Notes: a model not told the origin generated them from the letters alone. A DNA stretch of 57,096 nucleotides from Acutalibacteraceae bacterium (GCA_051881715.1 JBJEQK010000010.1:1-57096); one strand, 5' to 3'. Counted from the stretch's first letter, positions 1 through 8,996 are shown. Translations and numbers: made by a program.

Positions 1-486
1 GATGGTGGTGGGCTGTGCCGCCTGGAAATGCGTATACGCCAAAGACGGCAGATCTGCGTGCTTTTTGGCAAAGGCGGCAACCGCTTCAATACAGCTCAGC
101 AACAGCTCCCGGATGCGAAGCAAGCCCTTGTGCATCACGATGATGTCGGTGTTGTCCCCTACGTAACAGGATGTGGCGCCCAAATGGATGATTCCCTTGG
201 CGGAGGGGCACGCATCGCCGAAAGTGTGCACGTGCGCCATGACATCGTGCCGCATCTTGTGCTCGTACTCTGCCGCCTTGGCATAGTCGATGTTGTAGAT
301 ATTTTGGCGCATTTCCTCGATCTGCTCGTCTGTGATCGGCAGACCCAGTTCCTTTTCGCTTTCCGCCAGTGCGATCCACAGTTTACGCCATGTGCTGAAC
401 TTCGTGTCGTTGGAGAAGATTTCCTGCATCTCCCGACTGGCATATCTGGAACAAAGCGGATTCACATAAACCTGATTGTCCTGCAT
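1..486 (-). CDS. purB: adenylosuccinate lyase, N-terminal part (gene runs off the left edge)
   Basis: Absent from the ORF track because it is open at the window edge. Reverse-strand translation from ATG (486-484) gives [60 protein letters not shown]...[14 protein letters not shown], the conserved PurB N-terminus. GGGAG RBS 8 nt upstream. Confidence 0.85.
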   Translation of the reverse strand, partial: MQDNQVYVNPLCSRYASREMQEIFSNDTKFSTWRKLWIALAESEKELGLPITDEQIEEMRQNIYNIDYAKAAEYEHKMRHDVMAHVHTFGDACPSAKGIIHLGATSCYVGDNTDIIVMHKGLLRIRELLLSCIEAVAAFAKKHADLPSLAYTHFQAAQPTTI

Positions 487-528
487 AGTCTAACTCCCAT
501 CTGTATAAAATACAAATTTAACCGTTGT

Positions 529-557
529 ATTATACCATACTTTCACACGCTTTTCAA
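529..557 (-). promoter_or_regulatory. sigma-A type promoter for purB
   Basis: Minus strand reads TTGAAA - 17 nt - TATAAT with an extended TG (TGgTATAAT), about 40 nt upstream of the purB ATG. The leader is too short for a purine riboswitch. Confidence 0.45.
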
Positions 558-613
558 TGCATAAATACATAATTATGACATTTTCAATGTTTTTTTCTGC
601 GGCAAATCACCGA

Positions 614-766
614 TTAAGCAAAAGGATCGTCTGCAATGATCTCATACATTGGATCCGAAACGGTACTGTCCTGCGCCGCTGTTGGCTGCGCCGAGCGGCA
701 GGATGCCAAAAGAAAAACGAGTGCCGTTACCGCCAATAGAAGCGCCGCTGTTCTCCAAACTTTCAT
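614..766 (-). CDS. small lipoprotein (50 aa), function unknown
   Basis: MKVWRTAALLLAVTALVFLLASC has signal peptide plus lipobox (LASC). GGAGG lies 5 nt upstream of the ATG at 766. The longer ORF-track start at 802 would run through the terminator at 791-820. Confidence 0.5.
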   Translation of the reverse strand: MKVWRTAALLLAVTALVFLLASCRSAQPTAAQDSTVSDPMYEIIADDPFA

Positions 767-790
767 AAATACCTCCGTCCTTTTTCCACG

Positions 791-820
791 AAAAAAAAGC
801 ACCTGTCCGAAAACAGGTGC
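791..820 (-). terminator. intrinsic terminator
   Basis: GCACCTGT/ACAGGTGC 8-bp stem (799-806/813-820) with a 6-nt loop, followed on the minus strand by an 8-U run (791-798). It lies downstream of the 850-972 ORF. Confidence 0.6.
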
Positions 821-849
821 ATGAAAATTCAGGCTTGGTCGCCACAGAA

Positions 850-972
850 TCAGTGATTCTCAGCGATTGCGCTCAATTCAAAGATGGCCAAAACCTTGCG
901 CCAAGAAAACTTCTTGTGCTCGATCTCTTTCATGAGCTCCTTTTCCAAAGCAAATACTTCTGTGTCTGTCAT
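850..972 (-). CDS. hypothetical small protein (40 aa)
   Basis: MTDTEVFALEKELMKEIEHKKFSWRKVLAIFELSAIAENH, with a GGAAGGA RBS before the ATG at 972 and a terminator after it. No family recognised. Confidence 0.3.
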   Translation of the reverse strand: MTDTEVFALEKELMKEIEHKKFSWRKVLAIFELSAIAENH

Positions 973-1224
973 TGTGTATCCTTCCTTTCTGTTGCTTTGT
1001 GGCTTTATTATAGCACATTTTATGCAAAAGTCAAGGCATTGTGCACAAATCATAGCAGTTCAATTTGTGCAAAATAACGAAAGAAACGATCGTAGGTTTT
1101 TCCGAAGGATATACAGTTTGCACACATTCAAGGTGATGTTTTTGTTAGTTTTGACGAACTCTTTGCACAAAAGTATCGCTTGAAACCATCAAGCAAGAAA
1201 TCGGGTGATAAAAGTTTGTAGGAT

Positions 1225-2589
1225 TTACCAACCGTATTTTTCAGGCCCCCAATGTTTTTCGCAGAGCTTTTGCTCCTGATAGAGCAGTGTGTTGTCCGGC
1301 ACATCCCGATTGAGCAGAACACCGGGACCGATCACGCTGTAAACACCGACCTTGACGCCCGGCATCAGGATGGCGTTCACGCCCGTGCGGCAGTAATCCC
1401 CCAAGAACACAGCGTCACCGTAGCCGTCATGGAACTCTCTGCGTCCCTTTACTCGCTGTATCGTGATGGAGTCATCGAACCGCAGACTGCCGCAAACGGT
1501 TGCGGCGCCGAGATCGGTATTCTCCCCGATCAAACCGTTCCACTCCATATAATGATAGAGATACACACGATCCATAATCATGCCGTCCAACTCCGCCGCA
1601 TGGCTGACAATGCACTCGTTGCCGACGGTGGAGAATCGCTCGATAAAGCAGGCGTTGCGGATTCGGCACCGATCGCCGATCACCACATTCTCGCTGAGGA
1701 TGGCGCCGTTCTTGACGATGGTATCGTCCCCGATGATCACATTGCCTTCGATAATCACATTTTTTCCGATGGATGAATTTTTGCCAAGCTGAACAAAGCC
1801 GTTCAACACAGCCGTTTCGTCTATGGAAGCGCCCTCGGCCAGAACGTTTTCCGTCAGCGCACCGCACTTTTTCGCATTCATCGCCGCATTGGCAGACAGG
1901 ATGTCCCACGGACGGTCAATGTCGTAAAACGGCTGCTGCGCAGTCACTGCGCAAAGCTTGACGCCACGGCGAAGCTCGTCCCCCAGCGTACTCTCCAGAT
2001 AGCCCTCGATGGGCGGCATCATGCCCACATCCGTATAGGAGAAACGGCAGGGGTTGTACTGCAACGCCTCGAAGATCGTCGGATGAAATGCGAATGCGGC
2101 AAAGTGATGAGTGCTGTCGTCCCGGGAGTGACCGAAAATCTCCGTGATCTCTCCGTTTGCAACATTACAACCGATATGCTCACTGCTTCTGTCCTTGATC
2201 TCCCCGACAAGCGCTGTGTTTTCTCCGTTCTTTTCAAAGGAAGTCGCCAGCATTTGCAGGTCGGATGTGTCCACAATCGTATCGCCGTACAGCAAGAGGA
2301 AATCCTCCTGCACAAAGGGTTCCGCTTTTAACAGAGAATAGGCCGTCCCCTTCGGCGCATCGTCCATAACGATCTGTACATTTTGCGCATCCCGAAAGTA
2401 TCGGCGAATTTCCTCATGAAATCTGCCGGCAACCAAAATAATTTTGTCGAAACCCAGTTCCGTCAGACTGTCCACAGCATAGGACACAATGGGACGGTTG
2501 GAGACAGGCACCATCGTTTTGTTGCGAATCTGGGCATAGGGCCAGATTTTCGTGCCGTTTCCGGCACAGAGGATCACAGCTGTTTTCAT
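1225..2589 (-). CDS. sugar-1-phosphate nucleotidyltransferase fused to a left-handed beta-helix (hexapeptide) domain, GlmU-like architecture
   Basis: N-terminal NTP-transferase loop AVILCAGNGTKIWP. C-terminal half has imperfect hexapeptide repeats (GKNVIIEGNVIIGDDTIVKNGAILSENVVIGDRCRIRN...). Stop/start is tightly coupled to the upstream GH84 gene. Confidence 0.8.
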   Translation of the reverse strand: MKTAVILCAGNGTKIWPYAQIRNKTMVPVSNRPIVSYAVDSLTELGFDKIILVAGRFHEEIRRYFRDAQNVQIVMDDAPKGTAYSLLKAEPFVQEDFLLLYGDTIVDTSDLQMLATSFEKNGENTALVGEIKDRSSEHIGCNVANGEITEIFGHSRDDSTHHFAAFAFHPTIFEALQYNPCRFSYTDVGMMPPIEGYLESTLGDELRRGVKLCAVTAQQPFYDIDRPWDILSANAAMNAKKCGALTENVLAEGASIDETAVLNGFVQLGKNSSIGKNVIIEGNVIIGDDTIVKNGAILSENVVIGDRCRIRNACFIERFSTVGNECIVSHAAELDGMIMDRVYLYHYMEWNGLIGENTDLGAATVCGSLRFDDSITIQRVKGRREFHDGYGDAVFLGDYCRTGVNAILMPGVKVGVYSVIGPGVLLNRDVPDNTLLYQEQKLCEKHWGPEKYGW

Positions 2590-2590
2590 G

Positions 2591-4267
2591 TCAAAGCACC
2601 TCTAAATTTAATATCGTTTCCACAGCAGCCTGAAACGCGAAGTCCGTCATCACTTCGGGCAAGCGCATAAACTGCTGTAATTTTTCGGTAATATTCGTTT
2701 TGCAGGCGAGATCGTCGCTGTGCAGATAGGCGCAGCATAGTGCAAGGATATCCTTCAGGACAAAAAACTTCTCTATCCAAGGGGCAAGCTCCGTGTAAAG
2801 CTCATCGCCTTTACGAGAATCCAGCATATCACAGCACGCCTGTATGCGGCGAAGATATGCCTCTAAGTGCAAGGTTGCAGCCTTTACACCCTGTGTTCTG
2901 CGAAGGGTGTCGAACTGAGAAAGCGCATCCACCATTCTCGGTGAAACCTCGGTTTTCAAACAGGAAACCGTCAGATGCTCTGCAAATAAGGCAAAAATTT
3001 CCGCGTCCTCTCCGACAACTTGAGACAGCGCATACTGCCAAGACTGTTTCTCGCTGTACTGCACAGGGTTCCAAAGATAGTCCGCCACCGTCAGAAGCGG
3101 AATGCGGTTGCAAAGAAAGTACGGCATACAGTTGACGATCACGCCCTGTGCATAACGGTACAGCTCCGGCTCTCGCCCGGTGTACCATCCCAAATGCATT
3201 TCATGGCACATTTCGGCATCATTGACGGGATAATTGTCCCAGTACAGCGGCCTGTGCCGTGTGCAGTCGGCAAAGCGGATAGCCTCGGGGACGGTCAGTT
3301 CCTGCGAACAGATATTGCGCCCCGTCCAAAACATTGGAATACGTCCGTCAATTCCCTGCCCCAGTTTGGAGATATAGTACTCGTCGCCTTTTCCGTGATA
3401 CTGCATCGGGCAGACAGCCAGCTGAATCCCGGCATCCAGATTTGTCAACGCATCAAACAAGCGGTTGACCAAGGAGATATGCGCCCGCACTGTCTCGCCA
3501 TAAAGCGCACGGTCACTTTCAAAATGCAATTCCGGCGTTATATCGTCGAGCAAAAGACCGAACCGGTGGACGCCGATGGCATAGAGCTGTGCACATTTGG
3601 CGACCAATGCCGCAAACTGCTTTTCATCACTATAGCAGATATCCAGCCCCGGTGCAATACAAAACCAAAAATCCACATGACATTCTTTTGCTTTATCCAC
3701 CACGCATTGCAGATGTGCCAAGGATTCGTTCGGGTACAGCTCGTTCCAGCGATCTCTGTGGTACGGGTCATCCTTCGGCGCATAGAAGTATGTATTCATC
3801 CGATAAGCCGACAGCCACTCCAGCATTTCCAGCCGCTGTTCCTGCTTCCACGGTGTGCCGTAAAAGCCCTCGATATAGCCTCGCATGGAAAACAGCGGAT
3901 ACTGCGTAACCGTACCCAGCCGAAACTCGCCGCTAAGAATAGAACGGTACAGGTCGCATAAGGCATAGTAAAGCCCGCGCTCTGCACTGAAAGTGATGTG
4001 CGCAAATAGTCTTCCGTCCTTAAATTCAGTCGCTAAAATGTATTTTTCCTCGGAAAGCGTTCTGCTTTCCTCGATATAGGTGAGAGTGCGGGAATCATCC
4101 TGCGCGGCACAGATCACCAAATTGCCGTTTTCATCGAACGGGATCTGTCGTTTTTGGAAGAAAAGTGTAATGTAATCTGCTTTACACCCTATTGTACATA
4201 CAGAAGATATGTCAAGTTTAAAAGCTTTACAAGTAATGCTTTCTTTCTGCGGATTGGAAAAGTACAT
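2591..4267 (-). CDS. GH84 beta-N-acetylglucosaminidase (O-GlcNAcase/NagJ-like), no signal peptide
   Basis: YIEGFYGTPWKQEQRLEMLEWLSAYRMNTYFYAPKDDPYHR and the catalytic-pair context FGLLLDDI are typical of GH84. The N-terminus MYFSNPQKESITCKAF is not hydrophobic. AGGAGG RBS. Confidence 0.85.
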   Translation of the reverse strand: MYFSNPQKESITCKAFKLDISSVCTIGCKADYITLFFQKRQIPFDENGNLVICAAQDDSRTLTYIEESRTLSEEKYILATEFKDGRLFAHITFSAERGLYYALCDLYRSILSGEFRLGTVTQYPLFSMRGYIEGFYGTPWKQEQRLEMLEWLSAYRMNTYFYAPKDDPYHRDRWNELYPNESLAHLQCVVDKAKECHVDFWFCIAPGLDICYSDEKQFAALVAKCAQLYAIGVHRFGLLLDDITPELHFESDRALYGETVRAHISLVNRLFDALTNLDAGIQLAVCPMQYHGKGDEYYISKLGQGIDGRIPMFWTGRNICSQELTVPEAIRFADCTRHRPLYWDNYPVNDAEMCHEMHLGWYTGREPELYRYAQGVIVNCMPYFLCNRIPLLTVADYLWNPVQYSEKQSWQYALSQVVGEDAEIFALFAEHLTVSCLKTEVSPRMVDALSQFDTLRRTQGVKAATLHLEAYLRRIQACCDMLDSRKGDELYTELAPWIEKFFVLKDILALCCAYLHSDDLACKTNITEKLQQFMRLPEVMTDFAFQAAVETILNLEVL

Positions 4268-4269
4268 TT

Positions 4270-5235
4270 TCAGTCCTCCTGCGGGGAATAGGTTGCACGG
4301 ATCGTTTGTAAAAGCGTGTCGTCCGCGCGGATGCCGATCTGTTTCATGGCGGCCAGCACGGCGCCGACCTCCGGCGGGCAGTCCAGCAGTGCGACTTTTT
4401 CATAACCCTGTTTCGCCAAACAGTCCATAAAGATGTTTCGGAAAAAGTGCGCATGGCAAAAAACGCCGCCCCAAAGTCCGATGCGTATTTCCTTTGGCAT
4501 ATCCCGAACCAGAGAAAGCACCGTTTCAGAAAAATCCTGTGCCTGGGATTGTAAAATGGAGCGTGCCACCGCATCCCCCTCTTCGGCACAGGCACAAACC
4601 GCCGGGAGAAACGCCGCCACATCCTGCCTGCGGATCGGGGGATCGTAAAAGCGCCCGATCAGAGCATCGGCATCCACAGCATCGAAATGGTGAAAGGCAG
4701 CCTTTGTCAGCGCTGTGGGAGCCGCTGTCCCCTCCGCACCACGCATTGCCGCACGAACCGCCTCCAGCGATATGGCATATCCGCTCCCCTCGTCGCCGAG
4801 CAAAAAGCCAAACCCGCCCCGGTGTGTTATCCTGCCATCCTCCCCTTTGGCAACAGCCATGGAGCCGGTACCGCAGATTGCAACAGCGCACGGCGGCTCT
4901 GTATGCATTGCCTCCAAGGCGATGAACAAGTCGCTGTCCATGCCCAGCGCCTTTGCCGAAAGAATGCCGTCGCAAAAAGAATGCAGTTCCTGCGCAGTAG
5001 CTGCACAATTCAGCGCTGACATCCCAATAAACGCACTCTCAAAGCTCCCGTTTTGTGTGTAGGGCATCATCTGCTCCACGATCTGCGACAGTTGTTCCCG
5101 TGCTTTGGACAGCGGGTTGGAATAGTAATTGATACTCCCAGCCTGTACACGATGTACAAACTGACCGTCCCGGGTAAAAAGAACCGCTGTTGTCTTGCTG
5201 CCGCCGCCGTCAATCCCAAGAATCATACGCTTCAC
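4270..5235 (-). CDS. BadF/BadG/BcrA/BcrD-type ATPase, N-acetylglucosamine kinase-like
   Basis: MILGIDGGGSKTTAVL phosphate-1 motif, ICGTGS, and GDEGSG typical of the GlcNAc kinase family. Its stop is 2 nt from the GH84 start. Confidence 0.8.
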   Translation of the reverse strand: MKRMILGIDGGGSKTTAVLFTRDGQFVHRVQAGSINYYSNPLSKAREQLSQIVEQMMPYTQNGSFESAFIGMSALNCAATAQELHSFCDGILSAKALGMDSDLFIALEAMHTEPPCAVAICGTGSMAVAKGEDGRITHRGGFGFLLGDEGSGYAISLEAVRAAMRGAEGTAAPTALTKAAFHHFDAVDADALIGRFYDPPIRRQDVAAFLPAVCACAEEGDAVARSILQSQAQDFSETVLSLVRDMPKEIRIGLWGGVFCHAHFFRNIFMDCLAKQGYEKVALLDCPPEVGAVLAAMKQIGIRADDTLLQTIRATYSPQED

Positions 5236-5409
5236 TCTCCCAAAGCAGAATAGCTTCGCACCTTTTCAATTCATTGTAGCACAGGAGTAAAAAATTGTAA
5301 ACCACTGTTTTTTGTAAAATAATTTCACATAAGAAAAATTCCTCAAATCTATTGTCCTTTTCGACAAATTTTGATAAAATACAAATGTATTTTATTAGGT
5401 GGTGTTACG

Positions 5410-6459
5410 ATGCTGCGTCGTGTGTTCTGTTTCCTTTGTCTCGCAGTTGTTTTGTCCGTTTCGGCATCGGCGGTAACGCTGGACGGCAACATTCACTTTC
5501 GCTCCGAGTACCAGGAAAACACTGCGATCCTTCAGCGGGACGATCTGATCTCCAACAACGGCGTATACAACGCTTATCTCTACTGGTACAACAATCCCGT
5601 TGAATATTCGCTCTATCTCGCTGTGCGATTCTACTGCAACGACTTTGTGCCGGACGGCGGAAAGAGCGGTGTGGAAGTCACGGTAAACGACATTCTCTGC
5701 ACGACCTTTTATGCCGACGGTACGATGGATGACGTCAATCCCAATTTTTTCGATGTTGAATCCAGCGACTTTTACATCCAAACCACCGAACCTGCCCATA
5801 TACAGAATGAAATGCGAATCGGGATCAAATACGGATTTCGAGAGGATATTACGGTGGGAATCCGCATTCTGGATTGTAGCGGCATACCGTCCAACTACTA
5901 TCTGCAAACCGTTTACACCCTCCCCACGACTGCACCGCCGGAGGAGACCACCGCCAAAACCACAACAGAAAAGCAGACCAAAACAACGACCACAACAACC
6001 TCCACGACCACCACGACAACGACCCAAAAGCGCACCACGGTGCCGGTGATCACCGCCGCCGTCGGAACGACCGCCGAGCCGGTCACCACAAAACCTTCTG
6101 TGCCGCAGACAGATCTGCCTGCGAAAACATCCACAACACGTGCCAAAACCACGAAAAAAGCCACGACCGCAAAACACTCCAAAACCACTGCTTCTGCATC
6201 CTCCACAGAGGAATCCGATACGGTTTCTTCCACAGAAGCAGAGTTTGATCCCTTTGCGATCCTATCCGAGACACAAACCACCCTGATCTCACCGGAGGAT
6301 GTATCCCCGTACAGACTCTACCGCATGAAAACGCTGGGGATTGCTCTCGCCGCTTCCCTTGTCACGGCCGCAGTAATGATTTCCCTGTTTCTCGGTATCG
6401 GCAGCCGCAAAAAAGAAAAAACATATTCCCCGCAAGAAGAACATCAGGATTTTGGTTGA
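5410..6459 (+). CDS. secreted/membrane-anchored protein with Thr-rich linker, function unknown
   Basis: Start chosen at MLRRVFCFLCLAVVLSVSASA (signal peptide). An unknown ~190-aa domain is followed by a ~100-aa Thr/Lys/Pro-rich tract and a C-terminal TM helix plus KKEK. Confidence 0.7.
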   Translation: MLRRVFCFLCLAVVLSVSASAVTLDGNIHFRSEYQENTAILQRDDLISNNGVYNAYLYWYNNPVEYSLYLAVRFYCNDFVPDGGKSGVEVTVNDILCTTFYADGTMDDVNPNFFDVESSDFYIQTTEPAHIQNEMRIGIKYGFREDITVGIRILDCSGIPSNYYLQTVYTLPTTAPPEETTAKTTTEKQTKTTTTTTSTTTTTTTQKRTTVPVITAAVGTTAEPVTTKPSVPQTDLPAKTSTTRAKTTKKATTAKHSKTTASASSTEESDTVSSTEAEFDPFAILSETQTTLISPEDVSPYRLYRMKTLGIALAASLVTAAVMISLFLGIGSRKKEKTYSPQEEHQDFG

Positions 6460-6513
6460 CTTATGCGCTCTGCGTTGCTACAATGTGTATATACTTCACA
6501 AGGAGTTTTATGT

Positions 6514-7032
6514 ATGAAAAAATTGCTATGCTGGATTCTTTCCGTCACTTTTGTTCTCTCTCTTTCCGCCTGCGGTGAAACACAGCCCGCAGTCTCCACA
6601 GACGTCACTGTCGCCGAGGCATCCTTTGACTTCATCGCCACGGACATCGACGGCAATGTCGTTCGGTTCGCCGATTTTCAGGATGCCAAGGTAATCATGA
6701 TCAACTTCTGGGAGCCGTGGTGCAATCCCTGCGTAAGCGAAATGCCTGCCATCGAACAGCTCTACACACAATACAGTTCCGACGGACTGGTCGTCCTCGG
6801 CGTCTTTACATCGACGGGCATGGACGATGACATCTGCGCTGTTCGGGAGGACTGCGGCATTACCTATCCTCTGCTTCGCGGTGAGGACGAAACGCTGCTC
6901 GCTTTGCAAACGGAATATGTTCCGACCACTGTTTTTTTAGACGCAAAGGGAAATATTCTGACGGACGAGCCTATAATCGGTGTGCGGTCGTATGAAGAAT
7001 ATGAAAGTCTTGTCAAGGAGTATCTGCGATGA
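6514..7032 (+). CDS. TlpA/ResA-family thiol-disulfide oxidoreductase lipoprotein
   Basis: MKKLLCWILSVTFVLSLSACG lipobox, and thioredoxin-fold active site FWEPWCNPCVSEMP. AAGGAG RBS before the ATG at 6514. Confidence 0.85.
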   Translation: MKKLLCWILSVTFVLSLSACGETQPAVSTDVTVAEASFDFIATDIDGNVVRFADFQDAKVIMINFWEPWCNPCVSEMPAIEQLYTQYSSDGLVVLGVFTSTGMDDDICAVREDCGITYPLLRGEDETLLALQTEYVPTTVFLDAKGNILTDEPIIGVRSYEEYESLVKEYLR

Positions 7033-7166
7033 AGCGATCTGTTTTGTCTGTTCTGCTTTTGGCCGCGGCGGTGGTTTGCATCGGCATCGGTATCTTCGAC
7101 AGCCAGCACACGACCGTTCTGACCAAAGCAATACATATTTGTCTGGAGTGTATCGGCATTGGATAG
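7029..7166 (+). CDS. 45-aa membrane peptide with C-terminal CXXC (CD1871A-family-like)
   Basis: Below the ORF-track size cutoff. MKRSVLSVLLLAAAVVCIGIGIFDSQHTTVLTKAIHICLECIGIG. Its ATG overlaps the TlpA stop (ATGA) and its end overlaps the next start. The TM helix plus ICLECIGIG tail matches my memory of the CD1871A family that accompanies 4Fe-4S membrane proteins. Confidence 0.55.
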   Translation: MKRSVLSVLLLAAAVVCIGIGIFDSQHTTVLTKAIHICLECIGIG

Positions 7167-8001
7167 CAAAAAAAGAACCTGCATTCAGGGTGTCGCCACT
7201 CTGCTGCAAAATGCCAATTTCAAAGGATTCTTTACCGGCAAAATTTTTCAGGGCGCAATCAAGAGCGTCTGCGTACCGGGGCTTAACTGCTATTCCTGTC
7301 CCGGTGCGGTGGGTTCCTGTCCCATAGGCTCCGTGCAAAATTTCCTATCTGCAAAAAAATTTCGCTTCCCCTACTATGTGGTCGGTCTGCTGATCTTTTT
7401 CGGCGTCCTCCTTGGCAGAGCTGTTTGCGGATTTCTGTGCCCGTTCGGTTTTTTGCAGGATCTGCTGCATAAAATACCGTTTCCGAAAAAGATCCATTCC
7501 TTTCGGGGCGACAGTCTTTTGCGCAAACTGAAATACGTTATTCTTTTGGTTATGGTCATTCTTCTGCCGATCTTCTGCAAACTCGTCCCCGTATTCTGCA
7601 AGTATCTGTGTCCCTCCGGCACACTGTCCGGGCTCCTTCTGTCCCTTGCCGATACACGGCTGTTCCGTGTGCTGGGCGGACAGTTCTTTTGGAAGCTCAG
7701 TATTTTATGTCTCGTTGTACTGGGCAGTGTACTGCTCTACCGCCCGTTCTGCAAGTATCTGTGTCCCTTGGGCGCCGTCTATGCCCCCTTTAACAAGATC
7801 TCCGTTTTGCAGATGCGCAAAGACGCCGACAAGTGCACGCAATGCGGCGCCTGTGCCGCCGTGTGCGAAATGTGCGTCGATCCATCCCATACGCCAAACA
7901 GTGCGGAATGCATCCGATGCGGCAAATGCGTCCATGCCTGCCCGGAAGACGCCTTGCAGTTTACCACGGTCTTTCATAAACAAGAAAATACAGAGGAGTA
8001 A
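7159..8001 (+). CDS. integral-membrane 4Fe-4S binding protein (NapH/MauN-like polyferredoxin)
   Basis: PGLNCYSCPGAVGSCPIG motif, repeated CP(F/S/L)G motifs inside TM segments, and a C-terminal ferredoxin motif CTQCGACAAVCE...CIRCGKCVHACP. Confidence 0.8.
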   Translation: MDSKKRTCIQGVATLLQNANFKGFFTGKIFQGAIKSVCVPGLNCYSCPGAVGSCPIGSVQNFLSAKKFRFPYYVVGLLIFFGVLLGRAVCGFLCPFGFLQDLLHKIPFPKKIHSFRGDSLLRKLKYVILLVMVILLPIFCKLVPVFCKYLCPSGTLSGLLLSLADTRLFRVLGGQFFWKLSILCLVVLGSVLLYRPFCKYLCPLGAVYAPFNKISVLQMRKDADKCTQCGACAAVCEMCVDPSHTPNSAECIRCGKCVHACPEDALQFTTVFHKQENTEE

Positions 8002-8003
8002 TT

Positions 8004-8996
8004 ATGTCTGTTGTTCGTTCAATCCTGACGCATTTCACCGCATTTCTGATGTCCATCCTTCTGACCGCCATCCCGTACAAGGGCTTGAAAGCACCCGTCA
8101 TCGACACGCTGGAGGACGATTGCCTTCTCAATGTGCAGCTGCTCTCCGACACACATATCGAAGCCAAAGAGCCTGTCCGTGCTTTCTTTCTCCGGCAGGG
8201 ACTGCGCAACATTTCCCGGGCAAAGACACCTGCGGACGCCGTTGCCATCGCGGGCGACCTGACAAATTATGCGGACGAGCCGGCACTGGAAAGATACTTC
8301 CGTATCCTCTCTGATTACAGTCCCGTCCCGGTGATCTCCGCACCCGGCAATCACGATATCGGTCATGCAGGCGACCGTGACGTCACGGACATCTCCCGCG
8401 AAGACGCCATGGCAAATTTTATCCGTTATCAAAACCTCTATGCCGGCACGCAAAACGATACCGTCTATTACAGCCAAGACATCCACGGCTACCGCTTCAT
8501 CGTACTCGGGGACGAGGTGCTTGACGGCGGACACTGGGACGATATCACCATGTCCGAACAGCAGCTTGCCTTTTTGGATAAGGCGCTTTCCGAGGGAACG
8601 AAGGACGGTAAACCCGTTTTTGTCCTTTGTCACTGGCCGATCCAGAACATCAACGGCGAACAGGTCATCTGGCCCGGCAACGGCATCCCGAGTGCATACG
8701 ACATCCCTGCTATCCTTGAAAAATACAGCAATGTGTTTTACATCAGCGGGCATTTGCACGCAGGCATCAAAGCAACTGCCGTCGAGGAGCTGTATGACCT
8801 GAGCAGCGCCGAGACCGTCAACGGCGTGACCTATATCAATCTGCCGACCTATGGGCTGGTCAATATGTTCGGTGCGCCGTGGTCGTGTATCGGTGCGCAG
8901 CTGGAGGTTTACGAGGACGAAGTAATTTTCCGCCCGAGAAATTTTCTGACAAACTACTGGTACGCAAACGCCGAATACCGTTTTGCACTCGTTTGA
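8004..8996 (+). CDS. calcineurin-like metallophosphoesterase with N-terminal membrane anchor
   Basis: Motifs LLSDTHIE, AIAGDLTNY, APGNHD, and VLCHWP/GHLH. Hydrophobic N-terminus. AGAGGAG RBS. Confidence 0.8.
   Translation: MSVVRSILTHFTAFLMSILLTAIPYKGLKAPVIDTLEDDCLLNVQLLSDTHIEAKEPVRAFFLRQGLRNISRAKTPADAVAIAGDLTNYADEPALERYFRILSDYSPVPVISAPGNHDIGHAGDRDVTDISREDAMANFIRYQNLYAGTQNDTVYYSQDIHGYRFIVLGDEVLDGGHWDDITMSEQQLAFLDKALSEGTKDGKPVFVLCHWPIQNINGEQVIWPGNGIPSAYDIPAILEKYSNVFYISGHLHAGIKATAVEELYDLSSAETVNGVTYINLPTYGLVNMFGAPWSCIGAQLEVYEDEVIFRPRNFLTNYWYANAEYRFALV

Noticed and set aside
28-564. A 178-aa plus-strand ORF at the left edge of the window.
   Set aside because: It is the antisense shadow of the purB N-terminus. 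The minus-strand frame gives a textbook adenylosuccinate lyase sequence with a promoter and an RBS.
7646-8314. A 222-aa plus-strand ORF in an alternative frame across the junction of the polyferredoxin and phosphoesterase genes.
   Set aside because: It is out of frame with two genes that have clear signatures (Cys motifs and the phosphoesterase GDxxN/GNHD motifs). Its product is Pro/Arg/Ser/Cys-rich, low-complexity sequence.
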